A program made the translations under genes and the position numbers. 64,000 nucleotides of DNA from Octopus sinensis (taxonomy: Eukaryota). Position 1 is the stretch's first letter; each line of letters starts with the position of its first letter. The DNA lies in assembly GCF_006345805.1 (NCBI RefSeq), contig NC_043006.1, positions 24,428,001 to 24,492,000 of the forward strand, written 5' to 3'. Below, piece after piece: positions 1-11,790 of this stretch. The notes beneath the pieces are model-generated. The model ran no database searches and had not been told where the DNA came from. It saw only the letters and a list, made by a program, of their open reading frames with translations.

Positions 1-2819
1 AGTGAAACTGAATTATTATGAAGCATTCTCAGCTGCTTAGAAGTATTTCAAGATGAGGGGAGTAATTAAGATTTGAGTAGGGGGAAAAATGGTGGTTATG
101 ACAAGAGAATCTTGGAGACAGAACAGTTTGTTAGCTTGGGTTTAGATCACTGTAGGTAATCATTACACAGACTTTATTATTATTTATATTATCATAAAGT
201 ACTAGTTCAAAACGTTGGATTGCTGAAAACATTAGGAGATACTTTGTGGTATTTGCCTTGGCTTTTTGCTTTCTAACAACTACACCAACAATGAGACTGG
301 TGCCAAGGTATATCAACCCTTATTTTCCTGGTAGTGTACAAGAGGACAGAGACTTGTATGCATGGGCAATTGCTAGTTAAAAAAAAAACTCTTGTCCAAG
401 CATGAACTTTAAGTGTAATTTCCAGGTCTTTATTCTCATGAGAGATGACTACATTCAGGGAAGGGGTTTGATATGATCAACACATTGGAAAGTATAGAGC
501 TAGATGCCCCTAAAACGAGATCATCTCAGCTGAAACATTTTTAAACCAAAGTCTACTGGATCAGAGCTGACCTGGGGCTAAATGACAACAACAATCATAC
601 ATAAATAGACTCAACAGAAGTAGTGATCCAACATGGCCAAAATCCAATGATCAAAACCAGTGAATGAGAAACACCAGTGCCCTTTATTTACAAGCTTCAA
701 GTTAGAGCAAGTTGTTGTCAAAATGTTCCAACCATGACCAACCCAGCTTATAATTTTTCAAGCATAATATCTATGGAGGATATAATCCAATGAATATTTA
801 TAATTTTTTAAGCCTGTACATTGATTGATAGAAATTTGGCTGTTATCTCTAATAGGTTTGTCAACCACAGAGAGGCTCCTTCAATTAGGTATTGGGATAT
901 CAGTGATACCTTACTGATACATCAAACTTTAACAAATGATCAAATCTTATTGATACATCAGACTTAATGACACAAACAATATTTGAATAACGGTTATTTA
1001 ATTAGAGCTTTATGCCATATAGCTAAATATCTATATTGAAATAGTAATGATATCAAAGGACAATAATTACCCTGGATATAATCTACATTAATTAGCTATT
1101 AGTAGTACATTAAATCGTGGTCACTATTTACATCTGACATCTTATAACTATCTCACCAATATGATCTTTCTTTCCATATACAACAGCCATTGTCTTAACC
1201 CACTTGGTGACAAAACACTTGAGACCACCTGTAGCCCTAAGATACAAACTTCATATTTGAAAGTTCTCTAAATCAAATTGTTCCATCAAAAATTTCATGT
1301 TAATTCATTTCCCATTTATCAGTTTAATCATTTTACTAAATTCTTCATTTTCAAAATTCAAACAAAGGCAGTGTATTTCAACAAAAATATAGTAACAAAA
1401 TTTGATGTAAATGTCACAAACTTCTAAATAACAATTGTTTCTCTTTAACAAACTTGGTAATTTATAATTGAAACATTTATTTATTGCATTGCTAGAGGAA
1501 GGTTTAGTTATAATCACCCAAAGAAAAGAACAATGAAAAAAATGAAAAAAAGTTGAGCTGCATCTAACATTCAACTTTTAACTTAATTATTCTTTCACCA
1601 ATTGATCAGTCGCTCATACAGCACATTCCTTCTAATCTCAGAATATTTCTTACTAGCTGGGCCTGTGTCATCAAAAATGACAGCTAATTGTAGTATTTTA
1701 TATATATAAGTATGGATGGTAAATCAAATTAATACACTAGTCAATGTTCACATACATTCACATACTTCCCTTGTACATGCACACATATACTTACATACAG
1801 TTGAAATGCTGTTTGATTTTTCTTTTCAGCATTGAATGTTCACCATCCCACCAGTTTGCCATTACTCCTCCCTTCCTTATTCATCTATCACCCTTTACTT
1901 TCTCATTCATATGTTGTGACGGAGAAAAATACAAGAGTATTATTGAAGTTCTTGTAATCTTTATCACCATTCCAAAAATTCAACTATTTTAATTTTCTCA
2001 TCTTCTTAGTAGTAGCTTCTACATTTCTTGCGACATTAAACAACTATTAAATAAATAATTGCACACATCATTTGCAAAAACTCTTTCCAAAAGTAGTCCA
2101 TTCTCCACATTAATAATGGACTGATTTTTAATGAATTTAAAAACAAAAAAAACATCACAAAGCTTGGATCTGATCTACAAAAGTATTGACACTTTGTAAC
2201 CTTATCTGACTTCATTTAATCATCTCCAAAAAAATTACTTGAGTCATTGCTCAGTATCAGTTAATTTTCACCAAATACTTATAATAATAACTGGTCCTAA
2301 AACATGAAATGAACAGGTAATAAATCTCATGAAATCTACAACCAGCTCAAAGGAAAAAAGAAAGAAAAAAAGACATTCATCTTTTATGTAATTTAAAAAC
2401 ATTGCTATAACCAGAAATAGCAAATTACCTACACAACTGAACATTCCTTTGAAATCACTGCTAACAGGGAAATCAGACAAATAACTGGAGCTGCACACTC
2501 TAAAAGCTATTGTCATCATCAACATCCCCTTACTATTACAATGGATACCTTCTTCCTATAAGAGCATAACACACATACTGGTGAAGATCTAGTGACTCAA
2601 TTCGAGATGAGGACAGAGTTCACTGATTTTTGTATCTTAATTACAAATAGCCTGATAAATTAAGTAGCAATTATTTTTTAATGGAAACATAGCTATATAA
2701 AAAAAAATAGCTTGTGAAATAATTGACCTATAAAATTTCTAGATAATATATGTGATTTCAGCAGAATATCTTTAAATTCTTTCAAATGCAAATTAAGAAA
2801 GCAACACATTCCTTTCAAG

Positions 2820-2858
<39 letters not shown>

Positions 2859-3016
2859 AATTAGAAAAAATTAAACGAAAGAGGTGTTGAAAGAGTCATT
2901 AACATTGTCATCAACATCATCAATGTCATTCTTTCCCTTTTACTCACGATGCTGCACTTGAACAGGTCTGCATGTGTTCCTGAGACTTGATGTTGTGTTA
3001 CTCAAATAACAAAACC

Positions 3017-3177
3017 CAGGGGCAGACCCAGGGGAGGGGGTAGCCTGAGGGGCTTGTGCCCCTCTCAAGAAAAGAAGTGCACCCTTCTAAATAATGTTAT
3101 TACACCCTTTTCTCCTGGAATTGCATTCCATTTTGATCTTGTGCCCTCCCTATGAAAAATTCCTGGGACTGCACATG
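3017..3177. mobile_element. Short MITE-like element with imperfect GC-rich TIRs
   Basis: Left end CAGGGGCAGACCCAGG; right end reverse-complements to CATGTGCAGTCCCAGG; no coding capacity. Confidence 0.45.
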
Positions 3178-3296
3178 AAACCCTATATTTACTGCTCTGA
3201 ATCAACTACTTCACATGTCTCATATTGTCTGTTAATAAATGAATGAATTGAGGGAAAAACACTGCACAAGCATTCATTGGATAATACTGTCTATAT

Positions 3297-4620
3297 CAGT
3301 GGTTCCCAAACTTTTTTTTACATAAGAAGTCAAAATATTGTGGTGCACTTTGTACATAAATTCTAAAATTTATTCAAAAGGGATTTTATACATGTTAGCA
3401 TAGCATAAACTACAAAGTAATGGCATGACACAAAGGCGTGTACACACAGCTCAGCTGTTACGATACAGCATTTGGTAAATTCTGTAAAAATATTTTATTT
3501 ATTTTTGTGGCTGGAAATGTACACTTCGTTTGACGTCAGTAAAAAATGAAAGAGAGAGAAAAATGACAGGGATGTCTGTATGTGTTGATGGGAAGTGCAA
3601 GACGGAAAGTGTGTGTTGTGTGTGTATGTGAGCTGAGTGAGAGAGAGAGAGAGAGAGAAGGTGTATGTGTGTGAGGGAGAGAGAGTGACAATGTACACTT
3701 TTTTATTTATCGTTCCTTGCATCTTTTTTAAGTGAGTGTGTGTGAGTGATTGACAGAGAGAGGCGTGTGTTGTCAGAGAGAAAGAGAACATGTGTGTTGA
3801 TGTATGTGTCAGAGAGAGAGAGAGGTAGTGTAAATTTTATTTACTTTTTCTTGTATCCTTTTTAGTGAGTGTGTGTTTGAGAGAGAGAGAGAGAGAAGGT
3901 GTGTCTTATTCTGTGTGTGAGTGAGATAGAGGGAGAGAATGATAGCATAAATTTTTTTACCAATTTAGTTTTTCTTGCATCTTGTTTTAGCAAGTGAGTG
4001 CATGAGTGATTGACTTAGAGAGAGAGAGGTGTTGTTGTATATGTGTAAAATGGCTAGGATCAGTCACACACGCACACAAACATATGTACACCCATTATCT
4101 GCCATATACACGTACATACATAAATACACAGCAACACATCTCTCTCTCTCACATACACACTTTCTGTCTCGCACCCTCTATCAACACAAACACACGTCCC
4201 TGTCAATTTCTCTTTCACTTTATACTGACATCAAACGAAATGTACATTTCCACCTACAAAAATAAATAAAATTTTTTTACAGAATTTACCCAAAAGCTGT
4301 ACCTAACAGCTGATTGGGTTAGCTGTGTTGTTGACAAGTCTGAGAGTTATATCAAAACATAGCCAAAGTGGCAATATGCTATTAAGTTGTGCAAATATCT
4401 CTGTTAAATATTCCAGCTGGGAAACCCAAACTTCACATTGTAGATATTCCAAAAAGTGGTCATGCTTTTCTTCTTTAAAAAATGGATGCAATTCCTTCTG
4501 GAGTTCATGTATGCAACATAGCACCTCACCTTTTGAAAGCCATCTGACTTTTCTGTGTAAAGGTGTTTGTGCTGGGAATCCATATCAAGACAAATTTGTT
4601 CAAATAAGCAACACTTCAAC
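3297..4620 (-). mobile_element. Decayed hAT (Charlie/Buster-type) DNA transposon remnant
   Basis: CAGTGGTTCCCAAAC terminus at 3297. Minus-strand peptide across 4310-4620, LHRKVRWLSKGEVL..IHELQKEL..F...W.SQLEYLTEIFAQLN, resembles the Buster/ZBED5-type motif LHTEVRWLSRG.VL...FEL..E...W...LAYL.DIF..LN. Confidence 0.7.
3463..4300. repeat. Inverted repeat (about 180-bp arms, 3463-3655 and 4135-4300) enclosing three diverged ~130-bp GA/GT-rich tandem units
   Basis: ggtaaattctgtaaaaa..ggaaatgtacacttcgtttgacgtcagta (left arm) vs tactgacatcaaacgaaatgtacatttcc..ttttacagaatttacc (right arm). The unit tttcttgcatcttttt..gtgagtg..gagagag recurs near 3715, 3845 and 3970. Confidence 0.7.
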
Positions 4621-5899
4621 AACCTACTTTTAATATAATAACCATTTCAACAACTTGGTTTAATACTCACTTAAACTCAACTGGTATTCTTTCTCTATGT
4701 AGGAAGCAATGAGTACATATAACATTAGGATTTTGCTGTTGTATGAGAAATACAAAACCTTTAATAGAGCCTATCATACGTGGTACCCCATCAGTACATA
4801 TTCCAACACGAATTCCAGGACAAATTCCATTTTATGAGGTAGGCAGATAAAATGTCAAAAATATTTTGATTTTTTGTAATGAGTGGCATTTCTTTGCAAC
4901 TAAAGAACTGATTTATGGTTTGGTTACCATCAATAAAGCGAATAAATATAAGTACCATAAAAACCTGTGTAATTTACGCACTTTTTTTTTGCAAAAACAA
5001 AAGTAAACTTTAGGGGATGAATAAATTACATGAGTAGATTGTTTCCAGAATTTTTTTAGAAATTTTTTTGTTGAAAAATGATGTACAGTACAATGCTTAC
5101 TCTTTCTGTATGAATTTACTAAAACCATTAAATTGTTCACTACTTTTTGAAGTTTGATGTTTATGCTGTTAATCACGGTCCAGGTCATATTTTACATTGC
5201 TTGGAGTTTCTACCTATTGCAATGGAGCCCAGCAATTTCCTTAAATAAATCAGTTTTTCTCCACCTAAGAAGTCTAGCTAGCGTCTAGTCTCCAGGAAGC
5301 TATTGCTCACTTTCTCCATGTTAGAATAATGAAATTCATCACTGCCAACATCGCTGCTACCAGCTCTTACTGCTTCTAACATCAACGACATCATAATTCA
5401 TCCTTGCACATATAAACTCACTAAATGACTATGACTTAGCGTTCCTACTGAAACCTTCATTTACCTTATACAATGTTTAATGTTGTTTCACATTCATGTT
5501 GAATTATGCAGCAATCTTATGTTCTCTTCATAGAACACTAGTTCTTTTGGTATAAGAGATTTTTACTATTCCTGTTTATGTCTCCTCACACATGTGTAGA
5601 TTCTAACAAGTCGCTTCTTAAATTTCGCACCTTTCTTGTTCAATAAACACTGGATTAAACTTGCAAAGCTGTTTATTTCCTCCTTTTGATTTTTAATGTT
5701 TATTTTAGTGGGTTACCAAACTATCAGTTTGGTCTCCTGGCTAAAACAGTAATGACAAATTTTAAAGTTTGCTTGACATTTTATAAGTGTGAAAGGGATT
5801 AAAATTTCGATACTCCTTATCAAAGGTTCTGACAAGAATAGACAGAAAATCAGAGCTTGAGACAAGAAGACACTTTTGATCAATCGGAATTCTGTTTAC

Positions 5900-6345
5900 G
5901 TAATTAGTTTGATAGGTCACCTTCCTCTGATGTGTGCATAGCTTGCACTAGATATACACTATGGAGATTCTACCAACACCTTTTCTACATATTGAGCATG
6001 GCCATGTCCCTGAAGGGATTTGTGATTTGTCTGTTTTCCTACTTACTAGGACTTTGTATTTTTTTACCAAATTATCTCTAAGGCCTTTAAATTACAGACC
6101 TTGCTTCCACATGAAATTTCTTCTCTATTACAGGCCATCAGGAGCAGCCAGTCTTAAATTCCTCTGTTATGGCCTGGAGGAACAAGAATGGGGCTGAGAA
6201 CCGATCTGTGGTGAACTCCTACCTGTACACTAAATTCTTTGCTATACTCATTGCTGACAACATCCCAGCACATAGTGTGAACAGCTCTCACCAACCACAC
6301 ATCTATCCCTAGGTTCTTCTGCATTTCTTACAAGATTAAGATGTA
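5900..6345 (-). mobile_element. RTE-clade LINE reverse-transcriptase fragment (pseudogenised)
   Basis: Minus-strand pieces read LGIDVWLVRAV, NEYSKEFSVQVGVHHRSVLSP, QAITEEFKTGC and KSQIPSGTWPCSICRKGVGR, interrupted by stops and frameshifts. Confidence 0.85.
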
Positions 6346-6488
6346 GGAGATGTTGTTAAGATGTAAGGAAGATAACTCATATAATGACCTTCCTTTGTAG
6401 AAAGGACTCCGTGTAGAGGGAGGACATATATTGAGAGAGTAAGCAAAGAAGAGAGAAAAACTGAGCACAGATCGTCTTTCAACAGTTT

Positions 6489-8880
6489 TTAAAGCGTGCT
6501 ATGAGTGGTAGCAGAACGTTCTGTGATTGGTAGACTCTTCTCACCTATCCCACAAATGTTTTCTAAGACTTTTCTATAGTATATTGCTGATACCAATCCT
6601 TTCTGCAAGCTTAAGGCTTCAGCAGATATAATGGATCGAACTGTTCCTTTGATTTTATTGGATTTCCAGTAGATTGGACAACAATTTCCAAGACAATCTT
6701 TAATCCACAATAGGTGTGCTCCAGTACTCCCTTTGCCATTATTTATATTCACTAAAGCTGCATCGCTGAATAGGAATATTTCCCAGTCTTCTGTAAGCTT
6801 TCCTTGCAGGGATGGGAATGACTGAACAAGCTTTATAACCTTCAATTTTCCCAGTAAGTCAGCAACAGATGTTTCTGACAGTTTTGTACTTAGATCAATT
6901 AATTCAAAGGTCATGTCTGGATGTGACCCTTGTACCAGCCAGTTCAAGTGACCAACTAACTTCCTGAACTGGGACTGTTTGCCTGCATTCCGTTGAGGTT
7001 GTTTCTTAGATGCATGTATAGGATCTAGTTGTGGATGATCCAATTTCTGTACAGATGCTGAATGTACATATTTCTGTACATATGATTGAGTGTTATTACA
7101 TCTGTTCTTTGCTGTATCTGGAAATCGATGTACCTGAAGTTTCCTTCCTCAACTTTACCTGCTAGAAATCGCTGTCTGAGTGCATTAACATTTCTTCAAA
7201 CATCTTCTCACCAGCACTGAGAAAATCATCAACATGACAACATATGATTCCAAGCCGATTTCCACCTTTTGTCAATGTGAACACGACAGGATCCAAATTT
7301 AACTGTTTACATTCTAATTTAGTAAGTTCATCTTTCGTGCTCAAATAAAACTGTCTTGCACTATCCTTAAGCCCGTATAATCCATATTTGAGTTTCCAGA
7401 CATAACTTTTCTGTGTCACTTCCTACAGAAGTTCCTTGCCTTGTAAAAAAAAAACTGACTTCATGTCTGTGGTTTTTACATTGCAATTTTTACTTGTTGC
7501 AAGAACAAGAAGTATTCTCATAACTCCTTTTCCTACAGTCGGGCTATTCTTAGGTATAAATAACAGTTCCTCAAACCCTTATGCCACAAGGTGAGCTCTG
7601 ATGTTACCATCTTTACTTATAATCACCCACCTTATGGTATTTTGTCCACTATCTTTCATTTCCTCATATGTTTCAAACTCTCACAACATTTGTAATTCGG
7701 CTTGTTTGGCTATTACACTGCTTGGATTATTATCATCCACAGTAACATCTATTTCCACAGGTTTCAGTGTGTCCAAACTTTTCCACTCTACACAGTCTAA
7801 ATCAATGCTTTGCATTTCATTGTTGACCTCATTGTAAACATTATACCATCTTTTTATTCCTTTCTGTTATTTTACCTGCTCTGCTTAATATTGCAGCATC
7901 TGTCCATTCCTCAGACTTTGGCAGTTTATATTGAATACATTGATTCACTCTGATAAGATTCTATTCTTTGGATTACTATCATTTTTAGGACCATTGTCAC
8001 TTTTATGGTCATGTGAAGTACCTACACCTACTTTTTCTGACACATTCAGTTGATATTTCGAGATGCTTACCTGGCTGCTGGCAGAGTTTGTGTCATTGTC
8101 ATTGTTTTCTACCCTTGGATAACTTTCTTTCGTGTATCCACCCACTTTGCATAGTCTGTTAGGTGACACTGACAAATACACTACCATGTCTAACAAACAT
8201 GACTTTACCATCCTGAAAAACTAATTTACCAGGACCTCACCACTACTCCTTTCCTTCTCTTTTGTAAAACACATTATCACCATTTTCATACATCTGTTCT
8301 GCTGCTCTCACTTTTGACCTCAAAGTCCACCAAATCCTTCAACTAGCTTCCATTTGTTCGAATGCTTTCCGTGCCTCATGCAGAACATTCAGATGTTTGA
8401 AGAATGTTTCACTGGTTGTGCTTCCCTCTAAAGCAGGTAACCCCGCTTGCATTATATTTGGTACATTTGGGTTCTTGCCAAATACTAACTGGTGGCTACC
8501 GAAACCATTCCACATTTGTAATGAGTTCTTTGCCATGTTGGCCCAGGCCAACAGAGTATCAGAATCCACTTGTGAATTGTCTGCTGCTAGTTTCTCCAAC
8601 ATCATATCAGTGATGGCATAAACACTCTAACACAAACCATTCCAGCCAGGGTACAAATACGTATATTTAGGATTGAAGTGATCTCACGCATTTCTTCGGA
8701 GTTGAATTCTCCTCCATTATCCATCATCAATGCCCCATGACTTCAAATGCCAATCCAGTTTTTCATCAAAGCATTAATCATATCACTAGGTCTCTTTCAA
8801 GCAATGAAAACTGACACTGTGTATCTAGACCACATGTCAGTCATATGTAGTATCCACTGACCTTTATTATATTTAGTCCT
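6489..8880 (-). mobile_element. Truncated, decayed Ty1/copia LTR retrotransposon pol (integrase-RT-RNase H order)
   Basis: Integrase: WILHMTDMWSRYTVSVF and MDNGGEFNSEEMREI (about 8650-8865), WNGFGSHQLVFGKNPN. RT: WKLKYGLYGLKDSARQFY and ICCHVDDFLSAG (7162-7419). RNase H: LFSDAAL..WKSNKIKGTVRSIISAEALSL (6489-7043). No gag and no paired LTRs seen. Confidence 0.9.
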
Positions 8881-9085
8881 TTTTCATCAAAAACAAGAAA
8901 AGCACAACAACAAAATACAATCATATTTTGTAAATTTTGATGTCAAGTGGAATTTACATATGGAATTTACAATTTTGTCTCAAATTCCATCAGATCATAA
9001 ACTGGTGTTATGAATTGTGTTAATTGGCATTAATTATTTTTGCAATATTTGTTAAAAAGTTAACTAAATAATCAAATTTACTTAC

Positions 9086-9241
9086 CTACAGCTTTCCGAA
9101 CAATGTTTTCACTTTTTTTTTTTTTTTTCCATTTCCAAGGCTTAAATATTTTCCCTAAGGCTGCAAATTTACTTTTCCGTTCTGGAGGCGGTGTTTTTGG
9201 TCCTAATGAACTGGATTTCATTTCTCCATTTTTTCTCTTAT
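9086..9241 (-). CDS. Phactr: Internal coding exon of a phosphatase and actin regulator (Phactr family) gene: N-terminal basic NLS region just before the first RPEL motif
   Basis: Minus strand: acceptor ttttaattttattttgttctag| and donor GTAG|gtaagt. 156 nt, phase 1-1, open frame (D)[57 protein letters not shown]+IFKPWKW+KKK is the diagnostic Phactr N-terminal motif. Missed by the ORF track because the exon is too short. I found no RPEL exon in the window, so it should lie beyond position 1. Confidence 0.92.
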
Positions 9242-9820
9242 CTAGAACAAAATAAAATTAAAATTTTAAACTCATTAAATAAGACAGTCATTTAAATTAA
9301 GAGAACAATTAAAGTCACACAAATAGCCAATTTAAGAAAATAATTAAGCACATAATAGTAATATGATGCATTTCCTAATTAAATGTTTCTTGAAAGAAGT
9401 TTGATTATAAGCTAACTCCAATGGTTAAATTTTACATTCCATGAATTATATAGCCTGAAACATTAACCAAATTAAGCATTTATCATAATTTTGGCTTTGA
9501 AAATCTGAAATAAATAGTGAAATTACTGCAAATACAGCAATCCAGGAACCTTGATCTAAGAATCTCGTTTGCAGCTAAAGCTGAATAGACTAGGACACTG
9601 TGAAATGATGTACCTTGCACAAGGACACAATGCACAACTCTGTTCAGGAATTAAACTGACAACCTTATGATGATAGTGTATAGACTAATATTCACAACTA
9701 TATTATCAAGAAGATGCGTAGCCTAGTAATCACAACAACTAGGCCACATACCTTCACAATGTTTATGCTGAGGATACAATAAATATATCATCATCGGTGT
9801 AATATTCTATGAATACTAAA

Positions 9821-9972
9821 GGGTGGTGAGCTGGCAGAATTGTTAGCACGCCAGGCAAAATGCTTAGCGGTATTTCACCTGGTGTTACGCTCCGAGTTCA
9901 AATTCCGCCAAGGTCAACTTTGTCTTTCATCCTTTCGGGGTCAATAGATTTAAGTACCAGTTGTGTACTGTT
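9821..9972 (+). mobile_element. tRNA-derived SINE, family B (ggtgagctggcagaa... head)
   Basis: A-box-like TGGCAGAATTGTTAG and B-box GAGTTCAAATTCC, then ctttcatcctttcggggtc. Related copies lie near 23418, 46150-46500 (minus), 50920 (minus) and 54617. Confidence 0.8.
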
Positions 9973-10057
9973 ATTCTTTATATACACATATATGGTGTGT
10001 GTATACACATGCATGTGTGTATTCATGTGTGTGTATACACACACATGTATATTTACG

Positions 10058-10089
<32 letters not shown>

Positions 10090-10269
10090 GGGGGCTGATC
10101 AAGATATTCTCATGGAATGTGACCAAATAAGGTTTATTTTCCAGCCTAGTCCCCCTTGCAGTCCACACACTTCTTCCATCAGTGTTGCAGTGCTTGGATC
10201 TCATTGGAGAAGAAGCTTTAATCCTGTTGCTTAAAACAGTCATCAACAGCAGATACATCATCACCATTG

Positions 10270-10935
10270 TGATACTCGTTCCCAGCCAAGTGTTTTTTCA
10301 TGTTGGGGAACAGATGATAGTCAGGAAACAAAGAATAGAGAATAGGGAGGGTGATCAACCAGTTCAAAGTCACAGTCACACACAACAGTTATTGAAACCA
10401 GACTTGTGTTCCGGAGTATTGTCCTGATGAAACAAGACTCTTTGGATTATCTTTTTGTCTCTGACTCAAAGTGATGAGCTCAACACTCATCATGGGTTAG
10501 GAACTGCTCAAAAAAGCCAGCTGGATCTGTCTCAAACATGATGTGGTCAGCCTAGTGTGCTTTTGATCAGGCATCCAGAAGAGATGGCACCCACCCCAGC
10601 AGAAACCTTCATCTTGCCAAGTTCATTGTGCAGAATCTTCTCAACTATCTCATGGGATATGCTAACATTGGCTATTTGATTTATAGTCAGTTGCCTCTCA
10701 TCCAGCATCATGTAGTGAACACGATCAATGTTTTCCTCAGTGGTGGCAGTTGTAGGATGTCCTGATGTTGAGTCATCTTCAAGACTCACCATTCCCCTCC
10801 TAAATTCAACTGTCCTCTTTTGCACTGTTGATAAAACTGGAGCATCCCCCACTAATGTAGCAACTATGTCAGCATGAATGTTGCTGGGGGCTAAACCTTT
10901 TTTCTGCAGGTACTTCATAATACTAGCATACCAAA
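10270..10935 (-). mobile_element. Mariner transposase 5' fragment (HTH domains)
   Basis: ORF 10547-10918, KYLQKKGLAPSNIHADIVATL...FRRGMVSLEDDSTSGHPTTATTEENIDRV...ILHNELGKMKVSA, matches the mariner N-terminal DNA-binding region. Confidence 0.85.
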
Positions 10936-11264
10936 TTTGTTGCTACTAGCTACTTTTGAAATAACTAGTAGCAATGAGTTTACCTTGAAAAAACAATGCA
11001 GTTATTATAAAGCACAGTTGAAATTAATGCAGGCAAGATTTTACAACTCTAGCATCACTCCTTCAAAGTCAGCCTATGAACTTTTCAGTGCGCACACACA
11101 CACACACACATGCGTGTATGAATGTGTGTTTATATTTATAGGCACAAATGTGACTGAATGGCTAAGAAGCTTGATTCCCAACCATATAGTCATGGGATCG
11201 GTTTAATTGCACACCACCATGGGCAAGTGTCTTCTATTAGTCTTGACTGACCAAAGCTCTGGGA

Positions 11265-11790
11265 ATCATCATCATCATCATCATTTAACGTCCGTTCTCC
11301 ATGCTAGCATGGGTTGGACGGTTCGACCAGGGATCTGGGAAGCCAGAAGGCTGCACCAGTCTGATCTGGCAGTGTTTCTACAGCTGGATGCCTTTCCCAA
11401 CCACTCCAAGAGTGTAGTGGGTGCTTTTTACGTGCCACCGGCACAGGTGCCAGGCGAGGCTGGCAACGGCCACGATCGGATTGGTGCTTTTTATGTGCCA
11501 CCGGCACGGAAGCCAGTCTAGGTGGTGCTGGCATCGGCCACGTTCGGATGGTGCTTTTTACGTGCCACCAGCACAGGGATCACAACTGCAGATTCCATTG
11601 ATCTTTGATGTTGGTGTCCTTGACTCAATGGATCTCCTCAAGCACAGGGTCAAAATGGTGGTTCTTTACTTGCCACCTGCACAGGAGTCAGTCCAGCGGC
11701 CCTGGCAACTGCCGGGTGCCAGTCATAAGATTGGTTCAATTTTGAATTCGATTTCGACTTCGCTTGCCTCAACAGGTCTTCGTGTGTGGA
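11265..11790 (-). mobile_element. SINE-like repeat with (GAT)n tail and internal ~65-bp tandem units
   Basis: The tail (minus strand aacccatgctagcatggagaacggacgttaaatgatgatg) is shared with copies at 21297, 30095, 33388, 42235 and 61995. The GGTGCTTTTTACGTGCCACCGGCAC unit occurs at 11420, 11483 and 11550. Association with RTE LINE 3' ends is inferred. Confidence 0.8.

Noticed and set aside
5200-5700. Possible additional DNA-transposon fragment
   Set aside because: Minus-strand translation gave no motif I could assign; it needs a RepeatMasker or tBLASTx search.
6351-6484. Possible copia 3' LTR (TGTTG...CAACA)
   Set aside because: There is no second LTR or polypurine tract, and the RNase H breaks off before its normal end. 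The termini may be coincidental.
11420-11700. CRISPR-like array of ~25-bp repeats with ~40-bp spacers
   Set aside because: The spacers resemble each other, the repeats are internal to a eukaryotic SINE-like element found elsewhere in the window, and there are no cas genes.
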